NCBI GenBank assembly: GCA_002724555.1
Contig: PBOZ01000030.1
Coordinates: 7,799-71,798 of the forward strand
Source: Rickettsiales bacterium
Lineage (GTDB): Bacteria; Pseudomonadota; Alphaproteobacteria; UBA8366
DNA: 64,000 nt
Direction: 5' to 3'
Part shown: in pieces, positions 40,088 through 51,003 of the stretch
How the letters are laid out: each line of letters starts with the position of its first letter
Numbering within the stretch: position 1 is the first letter of the stretch
Made by a program: the position numbers and the translations under genes
The notes under the pieces: generated by a model
What the model was told of the DNA's origin: nothing
Databases searched by the model: none
What the model saw: only the letters and a program-made list of their open reading frames with translations

Positions 40088-41730
40088 ATTTGGTTGCTAT
40101 CGATTACATTCCGCCAAATCGCAACAAGGATGGCCAAATTATTGGTATCGACGTTGCTGTCCGTACTTTTTTGGACGCATATTTACGTTATTCACGCGCC
40201 GAAACCATATACTGTCGGACGCACGAACACGGGGCTTTCGACCAATTCCAAAATCGCATGATCGAAATTGGCGTCGACCCAGCTCGTTGCCAGTTTCTGG
40301 CAGAGGGCGACGTCAATACAATGGCTAACGTCTCGACCCTTTTCCGCGCAGACCCTAATATCAACACCGCACTTTCCAGGAGACTAAACGCAAATGCCTA
40401 TAGCATTTGCGGCTTAAGCCACACAATGTCTTCTATGCAAGTGATGAGCACGGTTGCAACAGCCATCACAGAGCAACTGTCACCTTGGGACGCTATAGTC
40501 TGTCCATCCAACGCGATCCGCTCGGTAGTCGAAGCGCTTTGGGATTCGGCCGGGCAAGGTGCCCCGCGTCCACCAGCCCAGTTACCCGTCATACCACTCG
40601 GTATTGACACCTCTCACTTCACTTCATTAATTGATGCGAATAAACGCTCAGCGCAACGAAACGTGCTCGGTATAGGCGAAAATGACACAGTAGTCCTGGC
40701 GTATGGGCGCCACTCATATCACAATAAATCACATCCATTACCCCTTATGCTCGCCGCCGAAGCCATTGCGAAAAAACGCACTGCGGCCGGCAGAGCCGGC
40801 AAGATTGAAATTATCTTCTTCGGGTATTTCACCGCAGAATCATTTCGTGATGACTACGCCAAGGCAGCAAGCAGTATCTGCCAGACAGCCAATGTCACGT
40901 TCATTGAAAATCATGACCCACGCTTTCCGGACGCACTCTGGGCCGGTTCCGATATATTCGTCTCTCTGGTCGATAATATTCAGGAGAGTTTCGGTTTAAC
41001 ACCGATCGAAGCGATGGCCTGTGGATTGCCAGTATTGGTTGCTGATTGGGATGGATACCGAGATACGGTGCGAGACGGCATCGATGGCTTCTTGGTGCCC
41101 ACCCTTGCGCCACCACCAGGCAGCGGGCAAGAATTGGTCCGGCGATACTTGGCAGAAGAAGACGTCTACGGAGAATATCTTGCCGGAGCGAGCCAATCAA
41201 TCGCCGTTAACGTGGATGCGACAACAACACATCTGGAACGCTTAGTCGAAAGCCCCGCGTTGCGCCGCGAGATGGGTGCCACGGCGCAAGCTCGTGTCCG
41301 CGCAGACTACGATTGGGCAACAATAATTCCCACTTATGAGGACTTGTGGCAGGAGCTTGACGTCATACGTCATACAGACGCATCCAGCCCGCGCCATGTG
41401 GAACATGCGATAACTGGCCCCAAGGAGCTTGATCCCTACTTAGTGTTCCGTTCATTCCCAACACACACGCTGCTCGAATCGGATCGTATCCAACTTGTCG
41501 ACCGGGCCGCAGTTCTTCTTACAGAGCGATTGCAGCACAGGATGAATATGATTGCGCCAGTAAATCTTATAACACCGGACGAATTACCACGGCTTCTTGC
41601 TACATTAAACCGCACACATACAGTTGGCGGGACCTTGGCCGAATGGCCAGATGCCGTCCGTAGCCGACTACTGCGTACACTCGTCTGGCTCACAAAGATG
41701 GGGGTTGCGCGCCATTATCCCGCTGAATAA
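40084..41730 (+). CDS. Glycosyltransferase family 4 protein
   Basis: IPLGID and QESFGLTPIEAMACGLPV..DWDGY GT-B motif; ATGA overlap with the SDR. Confidence 0.88.
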   Translation: MNLVAIDYIPPNRNKDGQIIGIDVAVRTFLDAYLRYSRAETIYCRTHEHGAFDQFQNRMIEIGVDPARCQFLAEGDVNTMANVSTLFRADPNINTALSRRLNANAYSICGLSHTMSSMQVMSTVATAITEQLSPWDAIVCPSNAIRSVVEALWDSAGQGAPRPPAQLPVIPLGIDTSHFTSLIDANKRSAQRNVLGIGENDTVVLAYGRHSYHNKSHPLPLMLAAEAIAKKRTAAGRAGKIEIIFFGYFTAESFRDDYAKAASSICQTANVTFIENHDPRFPDALWAGSDIFVSLVDNIQESFGLTPIEAMACGLPVLVADWDGYRDTVRDGIDGFLVPTLAPPPGSGQELVRRYLAEEDVYGEYLAGASQSIAVNVDATTTHLERLVESPALRREMGATAQARVRADYDWATIIPTYEDLWQELDVIRHTDASSPRHVEHAITGPKELDPYLVFRSFPTHTLLESDRIQLVDRAAVLLTERLQHRMNMIAPVNLITPDELPRLLATLNRTHTVGGTLAEWPDAVRSRLLRTLVWLTKMGVARHYPAE

Positions 41731-41767
41731 TCCACCAGCGTAGAGATCGCGTTCAATCGCAAAAAAC

Positions 41768-41986
41768 TTACTTAAAGCGGTAAGAAATACGACCCTTCGA
41801 CATATCGTAGGGGGTCATTTCAATAGTCACTTTGTCACCTTGTAGGATTCGAATGCGATGTTTACGCATTTTCCCCGACGTATGGGCGAGTATTTGGTGT
41901 TCATTTTCGAGTTCTACTCGGAACATAGCATTCGGCAACACCTCGGTCACCGTGCCATTGAATTCAATGGGTTCTTCTTTAGCCAC
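41768..41986 (-). CDS. infA: Translation initiation factor IF-1
   Basis: [17 protein letters not shown] and TPYD..KGRI motifs; GTG start with GGAG RBS; 72 aa. Confidence 0.97.
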   Translation of the reverse strand: MAKEEPIEFNGTVTEVLPNAMFRVELENEHQILAHTSGKMRKHRIRILQGDKVTIEMTPYDMSKGRISYRFK

Positions 41987-42086
41987 GTAAACTCCAAAAG
42001 TCATGGTTGACGCTGCGAAAGCAGCGCCACATATACTTCAAATATAAGTCCGAACCTGACCAAAAAGCAAGGCCACGTGCGTCAAA

Positions 42087-42572
42087 TCAGCCGGATTGAT
42101 TATCAAAAACAGGTAGGGCTGTTCGGTATTTCACCTGCTTCAAAGCGAAACTAGAACGGATATTGGCGACCGCAGGCACCCGCGTTAGGTGGTCCATCAG
42201 AAAGCGCTCGTATGCTTCGAGGTTGGCTACAACAACACGTAACATGTAATCTGCATCACCTGTCATCAGATAACACTCCATCACTTCCGGGCGCTCAAGT
42301 ATGGCGTCCTCGAAGACTTCAAGCGCGTATTCAACTTGTTTTTCAAGCGAAACCTGTATGAAGACGCTCACTGGCAGGCCCACGGCAGCCGGATTGACGA
42401 GGGTCACATACTGCGAAATGACACCGGCGCGCTCCAACTCGCGGACCCGGCGCCAGCAAGGCGACGCGGAAACACCGGATAACTCGGCAAGTTCGACATT
42501 GGAAACACGTGCGTTATCCTGGAGTACCGCCAAAATCCGACGATCTATCGCATCTAAAGACATTTCAGGCAT
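42087..42572 (-). CDS. Lrp/AsnC family transcriptional regulator
   Basis: [20 protein letters not shown] and [11 protein letters not shown] motifs. Confidence 0.95.
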   Translation of the reverse strand: MPEMSLDAIDRRILAVLQDNARVSNVELAELSGVSASPCWRRVRELERAGVISQYVTLVNPAAVGLPVSVFIQVSLEKQVEYALEVFEDAILERPEVMECYLMTGDADYMLRVVVANLEAYERFLMDHLTRVPAVANIRSSFALKQVKYRTALPVFDNQSG

Positions 42573-42696
42573 ATTCTTTCTATTATTAGATAATAATTAG
42601 CATATTTTACCTCTAATTGAACAAATTTACGCAATATCCGCAAGGATCATCCATGGGAAACAGGATATTCTTAAATGAAGTAAAGGGAGCGCTTCC

Positions 42697-45072
42697 ATGT
42701 CCTCGCCACCGCAGCTCGTCGAGCCCAATAGCAACGCAATCGTGCCGGCGCAGCGCCTCCAAATGTTACGGGAATTAGAGAAGAAAGTACTCTGGCTCTC
42801 TGCATGGATGATACACAATGCCAATCATGTGCGCCCGGCGCGCGATGGCTTAAAAGTGGGAGGACACCAAGCGAGCTGCGCTTCAGCAGCCACGCTCTTA
42901 ACAGCGCTCTACATGGACGTGCTTCGCCCGGAAGACCGTGTCGCCGTCAAACCACATGCCAGCCCGGTCTTTCATGCCATCATGTACCTGCTTGGCCGCC
43001 AGACACAGGAGAAGATGCAGGATTTCCGAGCACTTGGCGGCGTGCAGTCCTATCCCTCTCGAACAAAAGATACCAATGACGTTGACTTTTCGACTGGCTC
43101 AGTCGGACTTGGCGTCGCAACCACGCTGTTCGCCTCCTTGATCCAAGACTACGCAGAGGCCCATGGCCAAATGGCAGAGGGAGTACGCAAGGGTCGAATG
43201 GTCGCCCTCATGGGTGACGCGGAGTTAGACGAAGGCAATGTCTTCGAAGCACTGCTCGAAGGTTGGAAGCAGAAAGTTGGAAATCTGTGGTGGATCATCG
43301 ACTACAACCGTCAGAGCCTCGACGGTGTCATCAACGAATTTCTATTTACAAAAATTCAAGACTTCTTTGGCACAATGGACTGGAACGTCGTAACTCTCAA
43401 ATACGGAAAAAAGTTGGAGACGGCATTTAAAGGACCAGCCGGTGAAGCCCTAATGCGCTGGATCGACGAGTGTCCAAACGATCTATACTCCGCCCTTACA
43501 TTCAAAGGCGGCCCTGCCTGGCGAGATCATTTGAAGCGGGACCTCGGCGGAACATCCGGACTGAAGGTGTTACTCGATAGCCACGACGATGACAGCCTGC
43601 ATACGCTTATGACAAACCTTGCCGGCCATGATATGGAATCAATCCTGGAGGCGTTCTACGCCGCCGACCAGGAAGATCAGCCACAATGTTTCGTCGCATA
43701 CACAATCAAAGGCTTCGGCATGCCGTTGCAAGGCCATAAGGACAATCACGCCGGCCTGATGAGCCCGGAACAGATGGCCGAGTTCAAGGAACACATGGCT
43801 GTTTTGGACGGAGAGGAATGGGACCGATTCGCCGGTCTCTCTTCTGACGCGAGCAAGCTTTCTAATTTCTTGGAATCCGTTCCCTTCGCGGCTTCGGGTG
43901 AGCGCCGGCACAATGCGCCAAAGGTACACATCCCCCGACGTTTTGAGACGAAGCCAACAGAGAGGGCGGCAACCCAATTCGCATTTGGCCAAATTCTTTA
44001 CGATATTGCTCGCCACGATGATGCGTTAGCAGATGCAATCGTCACAACTTCGCCGGACGTTACGGTTTCAACTAATCTTGGCCCTTGGGTCAATCAGAAA
44101 GGTATCTTCAACCGGATAGAGCGCGCCGACGTCTTTCGGGAAGAGCAGGTTGCGTCAGCCCAGAAGTGGGTAAGGACGCAGAAGGGAAAACATTTTGAAC
44201 TCGGCATAGCCGAGAACAACTTATTCCTAATGCTGTCCGCTGCTGGGTTATCTGAACCTCTGTTTGGCGCGCGTGTGCTGCCGATCGGCACGCTCTATGA
44301 CCCCTTTGTAAATCGCGGCCTCGATGCTCTCTTTTATGCTTGCTATCAAGACTCCCGTTTTATGGTGGTCGGCACACCCTCCGGAATCACACTCGCGCCG
44401 GAAGGTGGCGCACACCAATCAGTCGGCACGCCGCTTGTCGGTATAGGCCTCGATCGGCTCGCCTATTTCGAACCAGCATATGTCGACGAATTGGCTTCGA
44501 TCATGGCCTGGGGGTTTCGGCACATGCAGGAGAAGGACGGAGGCTCAGTCTATTTACGCCTCGCTACACGGCAGATCACGCAGCCGCAGCGTGAGATAAC
44601 GGATGCGCTCCACGAAGATATCTGCCGCGGCGGCTATTGGTTGAAGCCGCCAGCCCCCGGTTCGGAGCTCGCGATCGTCTACACGGGCGCCATCGCGCCC
44701 GAAGCCACGGAAGCGCATGAATCATTATTAGAAGATGTGCCCGGCGCAGGATTACTTGCAATCACGTCGCCAGACCGCCTGCACGACGACTGGATGGGTG
44801 CACGCCGACAGCGTGAACAAGGAAACCCTACGCGTGCGCATATCGAAAAACTACTCTCGGATCTTGACCCTCGGGCAGCGCTCGTGACCGTTCTAGACGG
44901 CCACCCGGCGACCCTTTCCTGGATTGGTTCCGTTGGTCGCCAGCGGGTAGCCCCCCTTGGTGTTGAGAGTTACGGCCAATCGGGTGATATCCCAGATCTC
45001 TATAAGGCGGCCGGTATCGACGTTGATGCAATTATCGATGCCGCAGCGTCGGCCTGTTTGGCGCGTTTATAG
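42697..45072 (+). CDS. AceE-like homodimeric 2-oxoacid dehydrogenase E1/transketolase-family ThDP enzyme
   Basis: GGHQASCAS, STGSVGLG, GDAELDE...NRQSLD, GIAENN and EGGAHQ motifs. Confidence 0.88.
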   Translation: MSSPPQLVEPNSNAIVPAQRLQMLRELEKKVLWLSAWMIHNANHVRPARDGLKVGGHQASCASAATLLTALYMDVLRPEDRVAVKPHASPVFHAIMYLLGRQTQEKMQDFRALGGVQSYPSRTKDTNDVDFSTGSVGLGVATTLFASLIQDYAEAHGQMAEGVRKGRMVALMGDAELDEGNVFEALLEGWKQKVGNLWWIIDYNRQSLDGVINEFLFTKIQDFFGTMDWNVVTLKYGKKLETAFKGPAGEALMRWIDECPNDLYSALTFKGGPAWRDHLKRDLGGTSGLKVLLDSHDDDSLHTLMTNLAGHDMESILEAFYAADQEDQPQCFVAYTIKGFGMPLQGHKDNHAGLMSPEQMAEFKEHMAVLDGEEWDRFAGLSSDASKLSNFLESVPFAASGERRHNAPKVHIPRRFETKPTERAATQFAFGQILYDIARHDDALADAIVTTSPDVTVSTNLGPWVNQKGIFNRIERADVFREEQVASAQKWVRTQKGKHFELGIAENNLFLMLSAAGLSEPLFGARVLPIGTLYDPFVNRGLDALFYACYQDSRFMVVGTPSGITLAPEGGAHQSVGTPLVGIGLDRLAYFEPAYVDELASIMAWGFRHMQEKDGGSVYLRLATRQITQPQREITDALHEDICRGGYWLKPPAPGSELAIVYTGAIAPEATEAHESLLEDVPGAGLLAITSPDRLHDDWMGARRQREQGNPTRAHIEKLLSDLDPRAALVTVLDGHPATLSWIGSVGRQRVAPLGVESYGQSGDIPDLYKAAGIDVDAIIDAAASACLARL

Positions 45073-45463
45073 CGCAAGCGTTTCATGATAGGCTTCTTAG
45101 CAATGCATTTAGACCGTCAATTCTCCGCCTCATGATGCAAACGAACAATGCGCAACGCAATCTGGACAGATTGAAGTGAGTTCGCGCCTGAAACACCTAG
45201 CCACCTTCGTCATTCTCATCGCAGCCTGCGACCAATACTCCTTAGCGACTGATGAGTTCCACCCAACGTTAAAGGAAAGAGCGCTTATTTAACTAAGCTG
45301 TGAGTGCAATTGAAATGAGTTGGCCCAACCAATTGCGTTTCGCAATCTCGTAGCGATCAATTAAAAAGGCCTTACGCTAAAAAACCTCTCTGATAGCCCA
45401 GAATTTCCTGCAAACTGGATTCCCGAAAAACCGGCTTGTTAAAGGGACATTATCTATTCTATT

Positions 45464-47125
45464 TTATCGCGCTTCCCGACTAATCGTAATTCGCGGCGGG
45501 CGTGCTTCAGGATCGATGATGACGTCGATGATGGAGGGCTCGCCTGACGCCAGTGCACCTTTTAAGGCATCGCCGAACTGTCCTGGCTTATCTACACGAA
45601 AACCTCGGCAGTCAAATAATTCAGCAAGCTTTGCAAAATCAGGATTGCCATGGTCGACGCCAATAACAGGGCCATAGGCTTCCACTCGTTTCCTTTGCGA
45701 GCCAAGCCTAAAATTGTTAAAGACAATGAGGATGGCGTTCAAGCGTTCACGTGCCATAGTTTCCAAATCGCCAAGCTGAAGCATTAGGTCACCATCCCCA
45801 ATACAAGTAATCACCGGCTGGTCAGGTCGGGCCCATTTAGCCCCCATTGCCATGCCAAGAGCACAACCCATGGCGCCGAGGCGCGTTGAAACGAGATGGG
45901 CGCCTGGCGGGTCGACCGGCGCCATGAAACCGTAAAAACCGTGATCTCCAGCCCCATGGGTGTAAATAGTCTCCGGTGGCTGCCGGCACAAAGCAGCTAC
46001 GATCTCCTGTGGTTGGACGTGCCCATTTTCAGGCGACGACGCCAACCAGGCGTTACGCCAGGCTGTATATCGATCGGCCAAGGAAGCCGTCCAGTGCCGC
46101 CGTGCGTCCGGGATCGGTGAAGGGTCGGCCTCAAGAATTTCATTAAGCGCATCCGCAAACGCTTTCGCATCGGAGACGATTCCAACCATTGGCGGGTATT
46201 CTTTTCCGAGCGCTACCGCATCGATATCGACTTGTATGATAGGTGCATTCGCGGGCAACAGTTCTCCGCGCGACGTTTGAATGTCGGACAATCGAGAGCC
46301 AATTGCGAGCACAAGATCTGCTTCACGAATCGCATCGCCGACAGGTTCGTACCCGATAATCCCGGCACAGCCGAGAACGAGCGGATTCGATTCCGGGAGC
46401 ACGCCGCGCGAGGTTGGCGAATTGACGACGGGCGCACCCATCCGTTCGGCAAGTTGTATTAAGGCGGTACCTGCGCCGGAATAATTCGCGCCACCACCGA
46501 TCAAAAGAACGGGCCGGGCCGCCTTTCGGAGAAGTTTTGCAGCTTCTTCCACCAAGGCTGGGTCCGGAAATAAGCGAATGTGTGGTGTGGTCACACGTAC
46601 CGGCTTTGGGACATTATCGGCGCCAAGTTCTTCTGTCGAAACATCGATGGGAATGTCAATCTGCGCGACACCAGGTTTGCCGCTGACACTTTCACGAAGC
46701 GCATCCCGCACCGCCGCAACGGCCTGATCGGGCCGCTCAACCCGAGTCTGAAACTTAACAAAATCGGCGACGGGCTTCTGTACGTCTAACGTCTGCCACC
46801 AGCCGTTCTCCATTGCCTTCCGCTCTTGCGTCGCGCTGAGAACGACCATCGGCGTACAATCCAGCGCAGCCGACCCGATTCCAAGACTGGCCGCGAGCAA
46901 ACCGGAGCCACCATGGACCATCAAACAACCAGGCTGACCGGTGAGACGGGCGGTTGCATCAAGGATTGCCGCCGCCACCTGCTCGTGCCGAATGCCCACG
47001 TAGCGAGCCTGATTCTGTGCGGCAAGTGCGGACGCATAAGGGGCCGAAGTCGAGCCCACCATACCAGCGAAGTGTGTAAGCCCCGCGCCGAGTAATTGAT
47101 CCAGTACTGCTTCATAAACTTTCAT
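45464..47125 (-). CDS. ThDP-binding protein
   Basis: RHEQ, GAMG and GDGD...FNN motifs. Confidence 0.88.
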   Translation of the reverse strand: MKVYEAVLDQLLGAGLTHFAGMVGSTSAPYASALAAQNQARYVGIRHEQVAAAILDATARLTGQPGCLMVHGGSGLLAASLGIGSAALDCTPMVVLSATQERKAMENGWWQTLDVQKPVADFVKFQTRVERPDQAVAAVRDALRESVSGKPGVAQIDIPIDVSTEELGADNVPKPVRVTTPHIRLFPDPALVEEAAKLLRKAARPVLLIGGGANYSGAGTALIQLAERMGAPVVNSPTSRGVLPESNPLVLGCAGIIGYEPVGDAIREADLVLAIGSRLSDIQTSRGELLPANAPIIQVDIDAVALGKEYPPMVGIVSDAKAFADALNEILEADPSPIPDARRHWTASLADRYTAWRNAWLASSPENGHVQPQEIVAALCRQPPETIYTHGAGDHGFYGFMAPVDPPGAHLVSTRLGAMGCALGMAMGAKWARPDQPVITCIGDGDLMLQLGDLETMARERLNAILIVFNNFRLGSQRKRVEAYGPVIGVDHGNPDFAKLAELFDCRGFRVDKPGQFGDALKGALASGEPSIIDVIIDPEARPPRITISREAR

Positions 47126-47245
47126 CACTCACTCCAAAATTCCACACCGCTTACGCTCTTAGTATCGCTTCAACGGCAATCTCACCAGACACCGTGGTTA
47201 TTTCTGCCACTCGCGCATAAATAATTTAGAAGGAGGACTTCAACT

Positions 47246-48880
47246 ATGGAATGGTACGCAAAAAGGCGCTTCGGGGATTTAGCTGATGATGCCGCAGAAA
47301 AATTTGGTGACCGCGAAGCATTGGTCTTTAAAGACCAACGCTACAGTTTCAACGAACAAGCGCAAGAGATCAATCGCACGGCAAAAGCGTTGATCGCCAG
47401 CGGGGTCCAGCACGGCGACCATGTAGCTCTCTGGCTCAATAATTGCGCGGATTGGGTTTTCTTTAATTTCGCGCTCGCCAAGATCGGCGCCGTAATGGTG
47501 CCCATCAACACGAGATTCCGAACCAACGACCTCGACTACGTGCTGCGACAGTCGGACAGTCGCTTCTTGATTACCCACGACACGTCGGGGCCCATCGGCT
47601 ATCTCGAAATGGTTCGTGAAGTTATCTCTTTACCAAACACAGGCGACTCTGTCGACGATCCGAGTTTCCCCAAGTTGCGGCGTGTCTTAATCACCGAAGA
47701 GGTCGAGCCAAATGGTGTGATGACCTGGACCGCCGCTTTGAAAGCCGGACAGTCGGTCAGCGATGACCAATTAGCGGCACGATCTGCCGCCGTCGATCCT
47801 GATGATCCCGTATTCATAATGTACACGTCCGGCACAACGGGATTCCCGAAAGGCGTCGTCCACAGCCACAAACTTATACGAAATGTCGAGGAACGCGGCT
47901 TTCGTATGGCGGTCTCAGACCGCGATACGATACTGAATTACCTTCCAATGTTTCACGCCTTTGGCTACTCGGACGGAATTCTGATGGCGCCGATCACCGG
48001 AGCCCGCCAAATCGTCACAGAGACTTTCGATTCAGATGAGTGCCTCGACCTTATTGAGAGCGAAGGCGCTTCAATAATGCATGGATTCGAGGCGCACTTT
48101 AAGGCGTTGACGGAAGCACAAGAGGCGTATCCACGGGATGTCTCATCACTCCGCACTGGCATATTTGCGGCAGGCATGCACAGCGCCACACCGGTAATAC
48201 GGCAAGGCAATCAGGTCCTCTCGCCGATACGTTCGGTTTCCGGCTACGGCATGACGGAAATTTGGCTTGGCGCCGCGATTGGTGCCCTGGACGAAGACGA
48301 GACGTTGCGCTGGGAATCTTCAGGTGAAACGGGTCTCGGCTACGAATTAAAAATTGTTGATCCAATCACGCGTAAGGATCAACCGGTAGGCGTGCCAGGC
48401 GAACTTCTCGTAAAGGGCTACAGCCTTATGCTGGAATATTACAAGAAGCCCGAGGAAACAGCGGCCGCTTTCGATAAGGACGGCTGGTTCATAACAGGCG
48501 ACTCCGCCGTTTGGCTGGAAAATGGCTACATGCGGTTTTTGGGCCGTTATAAAGATATGCTAAAGGTTGGCGGCGAGAATGTTGATCCGATGGAAGCGGA
48601 GGGCTTGCTGCTCGAGCATCCGGAAATCCACCAAGTCGCCGTAGTGGGGATGCCGGATGATAAACTATCGGAAGTTGGCGTCGCATATGTACAACTCGTC
48701 CCCGACTCTTCGATGGATGCTGAAGCCGTCATCGCGCATTGCCAAGGCAAACTTGCGAGTTTCAAGATTCCTCACCATGTTGTCTTCGTCGAAGATTTCC
48801 CGATGACCGCAAGTGGTAAAATACGCAAAGTGGAATTGCGCGAAGACGCAAAAAAGCGCGCTTCGCAGAATGCAGAGTAG
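47246..48880 (+). CDS. Acyl-CoA synthetase (AMP-binding)
   Basis: YTSGTTGFPKG, GYGMTE, TGD, GGENV and SGKI motifs. Confidence 0.93.
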   Translation: MEWYAKRRFGDLADDAAEKFGDREALVFKDQRYSFNEQAQEINRTAKALIASGVQHGDHVALWLNNCADWVFFNFALAKIGAVMVPINTRFRTNDLDYVLRQSDSRFLITHDTSGPIGYLEMVREVISLPNTGDSVDDPSFPKLRRVLITEEVEPNGVMTWTAALKAGQSVSDDQLAARSAAVDPDDPVFIMYTSGTTGFPKGVVHSHKLIRNVEERGFRMAVSDRDTILNYLPMFHAFGYSDGILMAPITGARQIVTETFDSDECLDLIESEGASIMHGFEAHFKALTEAQEAYPRDVSSLRTGIFAAGMHSATPVIRQGNQVLSPIRSVSGYGMTEIWLGAAIGALDEDETLRWESSGETGLGYELKIVDPITRKDQPVGVPGELLVKGYSLMLEYYKKPEETAAAFDKDGWFITGDSAVWLENGYMRFLGRYKDMLKVGGENVDPMEAEGLLLEHPEIHQVAVVGMPDDKLSEVGVAYVQLVPDSSMDAEAVIAHCQGKLASFKIPHHVVFVEDFPMTASGKIRKVELREDAKKRASQNAE

Positions 48881-49101
48881 CCCCTTCCTTGACATTGTTA
48901 TCAAGAAGGCGCATTCAAAGCGTCAGAATCGCCCAGATCGCGCGAACCGCTGCGATTTTTGATAAGAAGAACAAAGCAACGAGTCCGGGCCGTTCCTCAT
49001 TTTGACATACCGTTATGTCCAGTTGCGCGTGGATGACGGCGACGCGGCAGATTTGCGTGCGCTCTCGCGACCGTCTGTTTGACGCAAAGGAATATACCGA
49101 T

Positions 49102-50373
49102 TTGACAAAGACTGACTTCACGGGTCTCGGCTTAATCGAGCCCCTCACCCGCGCCTTGGCGGCGCAGAATTACTTAACGCCGACACCGATTCAGGAAAAA
49201 GCAATCCCGCAGCTCCTAGAAAATGCCGACCTTCTCGGCATTGCACAAACTGGCAGCGGTAAAACGGCCGCATTCGTTCTTCCAATACTACAACACCTTA
49301 GCAGCGATGGTCTGCGCCCTTCGCCGAAAGGCACGCTTGCTCTCATTCTCGCACCAACCCGGGAACTAGCGCTACAAATTGGGAATTCGGTAAAAAATTA
49401 CGCCAACCATCTCCCAATTCGCCATACGGTGATCCTCGGCGGCGTCAATCAAAATTCGCAAGTAAAAGCGCTGGCGAGAGGTGTAGATGTCCTCATTGCA
49501 ACACCGGGTCGGCTGCTCGACCTCATGGATCAAGGCTACGTTCATCTGAACGATGTAGAACACCTAGTTCTAGATGAGGCCGACCGGATGCTCGACATGG
49601 GTTTCATTCACGATGTTCGTAAGATAGTTAAGGCAGTGCCAGATGAGCGCCAGACACTCCTTTTCTCCGCAACCATGCCGAAGGAAGTGGCCAAACTTGC
49701 CAATAAAATTCTTTTCGCCCCAGTACGGATAGATATCGCACCGAAAACCGTTGCACCGGACCGGATAAAACAACGCGTCATCCACGTCCCGGCCTCCAAA
49801 AAGGGAGCGCTTTTGCAGGACTTGTTAGCGGACCCCTCCTTCTACCGAGTGATCGTCTTCACACGCACCAAACACCGGGCGAACCGGGTAACAAAGCAGT
49901 TAGGACAGGCGGGTATTGAGGCGGCGGCCATTCACGGCAACAAATCGCAGGCAGCCCGCCAAAGGGCCTTGGATGGTTTCAAAGCCAACAGAGTGCGGGT
50001 CCTTGTCGCAACGGACATTGCGGCGCGTGGGATTGATGTCGACGGCATTACCCACGTCATCAACTTTGATTTACCGAACGAAGCGGAAAGCTATGTCCAT
50101 CGAATAGGCCGCACCGCCCGTGCAGGCGCGAAAGGAATGGCCTACTCGTTCTGTGATCAGGCAGAGCAAGCCCACTTCCGTGGAATTGAACGCCTCATTA
50201 AGCGGACAATCGAGGTTCAGGAGCATAACCTAAGCGAACTGACAGCCAATCAAAGCCAACCCGAACGACAACGTACAAACCGGAAACAGAAGCCGCACGG
50301 AAATCGCCCAGCAAACGGAAACAGCAGGCCACGTCGACGCCGCCGAAACCGTAAACCCGCAAAGGCAGCCTAG
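49102..50373 (+). CDS. rhlE: DEAD-box RNA helicase RhlE-like
   Basis: AQTGSGKT, PTRELA, DEAD, SAT and HRIGRTAR motifs; Arg-rich tail; TTG start after an AAGGA RBS. Confidence 0.88.
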   Translation: MTKTDFTGLGLIEPLTRALAAQNYLTPTPIQEKAIPQLLENADLLGIAQTGSGKTAAFVLPILQHLSSDGLRPSPKGTLALILAPTRELALQIGNSVKNYANHLPIRHTVILGGVNQNSQVKALARGVDVLIATPGRLLDLMDQGYVHLNDVEHLVLDEADRMLDMGFIHDVRKIVKAVPDERQTLLFSATMPKEVAKLANKILFAPVRIDIAPKTVAPDRIKQRVIHVPASKKGALLQDLLADPSFYRVIVFTRTKHRANRVTKQLGQAGIEAAAIHGNKSQAARQRALDGFKANRVRVLVATDIAARGIDVDGITHVINFDLPNEAESYVHRIGRTARAGAKGMAYSFCDQAEQAHFRGIERLIKRTIEVQEHNLSELTANQSQPERQRTNRKQKPHGNRPANGNSRPRRRRRNRKPAKAA

Positions 50374-50380
50374 TTAAAAA

Positions 50381-50440
50381 CGGCCTCATCTGCCGTCCGC
50401 CTACCTTGGAACAGGATCATGGATAGGCAGGTAGAGGCCG
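50381..50440. terminator. Long imperfect hairpin directly downstream of rhlE
   Basis: CGGCCTC-ATCTGCC-GTCC pairs with GGAT-a-GGCAGGT-a-GAGGCCG; a preceding AAAAA gives a U-tract on the minus strand. Confidence 0.55.
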
Positions 50441-51003
50441 AATGTATCGTACCTTTTTGAATAGCTTCTAAATCCTGAAAACTGCCGAGAGGACGCTGAA
50501 TAACATTTATCAACTGATGGTATTCAAGTCCCCAATTGCAGCCGGCAGGCTGGCGAGATCGACGGCAGCAACTCGGTTTTTGTAGTCCCTCATCAGAGTG
50601 CATCCAGTCTTGATATTTGCAGCAGGCAGTAAACGCGGGGCTTCACGACCATGCGAGCCGCACGAGTGGTGCCGATTCTGGCCATTCCCGCGCCATTAAA
50701 TAAAAACTACGACCGGACCACGTCTGGTAACTTGCGGATAAGTCCAATTGGCGGGTGAAGTTTTGCAAACCCTTACTACAATCTAACCATCAAATCATCA
50801 TTACAATGACGATTGTGCTAAGATACTGAACTGATAGTTGGGGAATATACACCTTTTTCCCCTCTGGCTATTGGTCGGATTACGCGAATTCGTATCCGTA
50901 ATCGTTTTTTCACGCGAGGAACAAACGACAAGGAGCTGAAAAAATTAAAATACTTTATCGCATACTCTGCGTTTGCAGGGATTTCACATCATAACGGATC
51001 ACA

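Noticed and set aside
45073-45463. 390-bp gap between convergent ThDP genes as a possible ncRNA or mobile remnant
   Set aside because: No convincing hairpin, repeat or coding remnant was found by eye.
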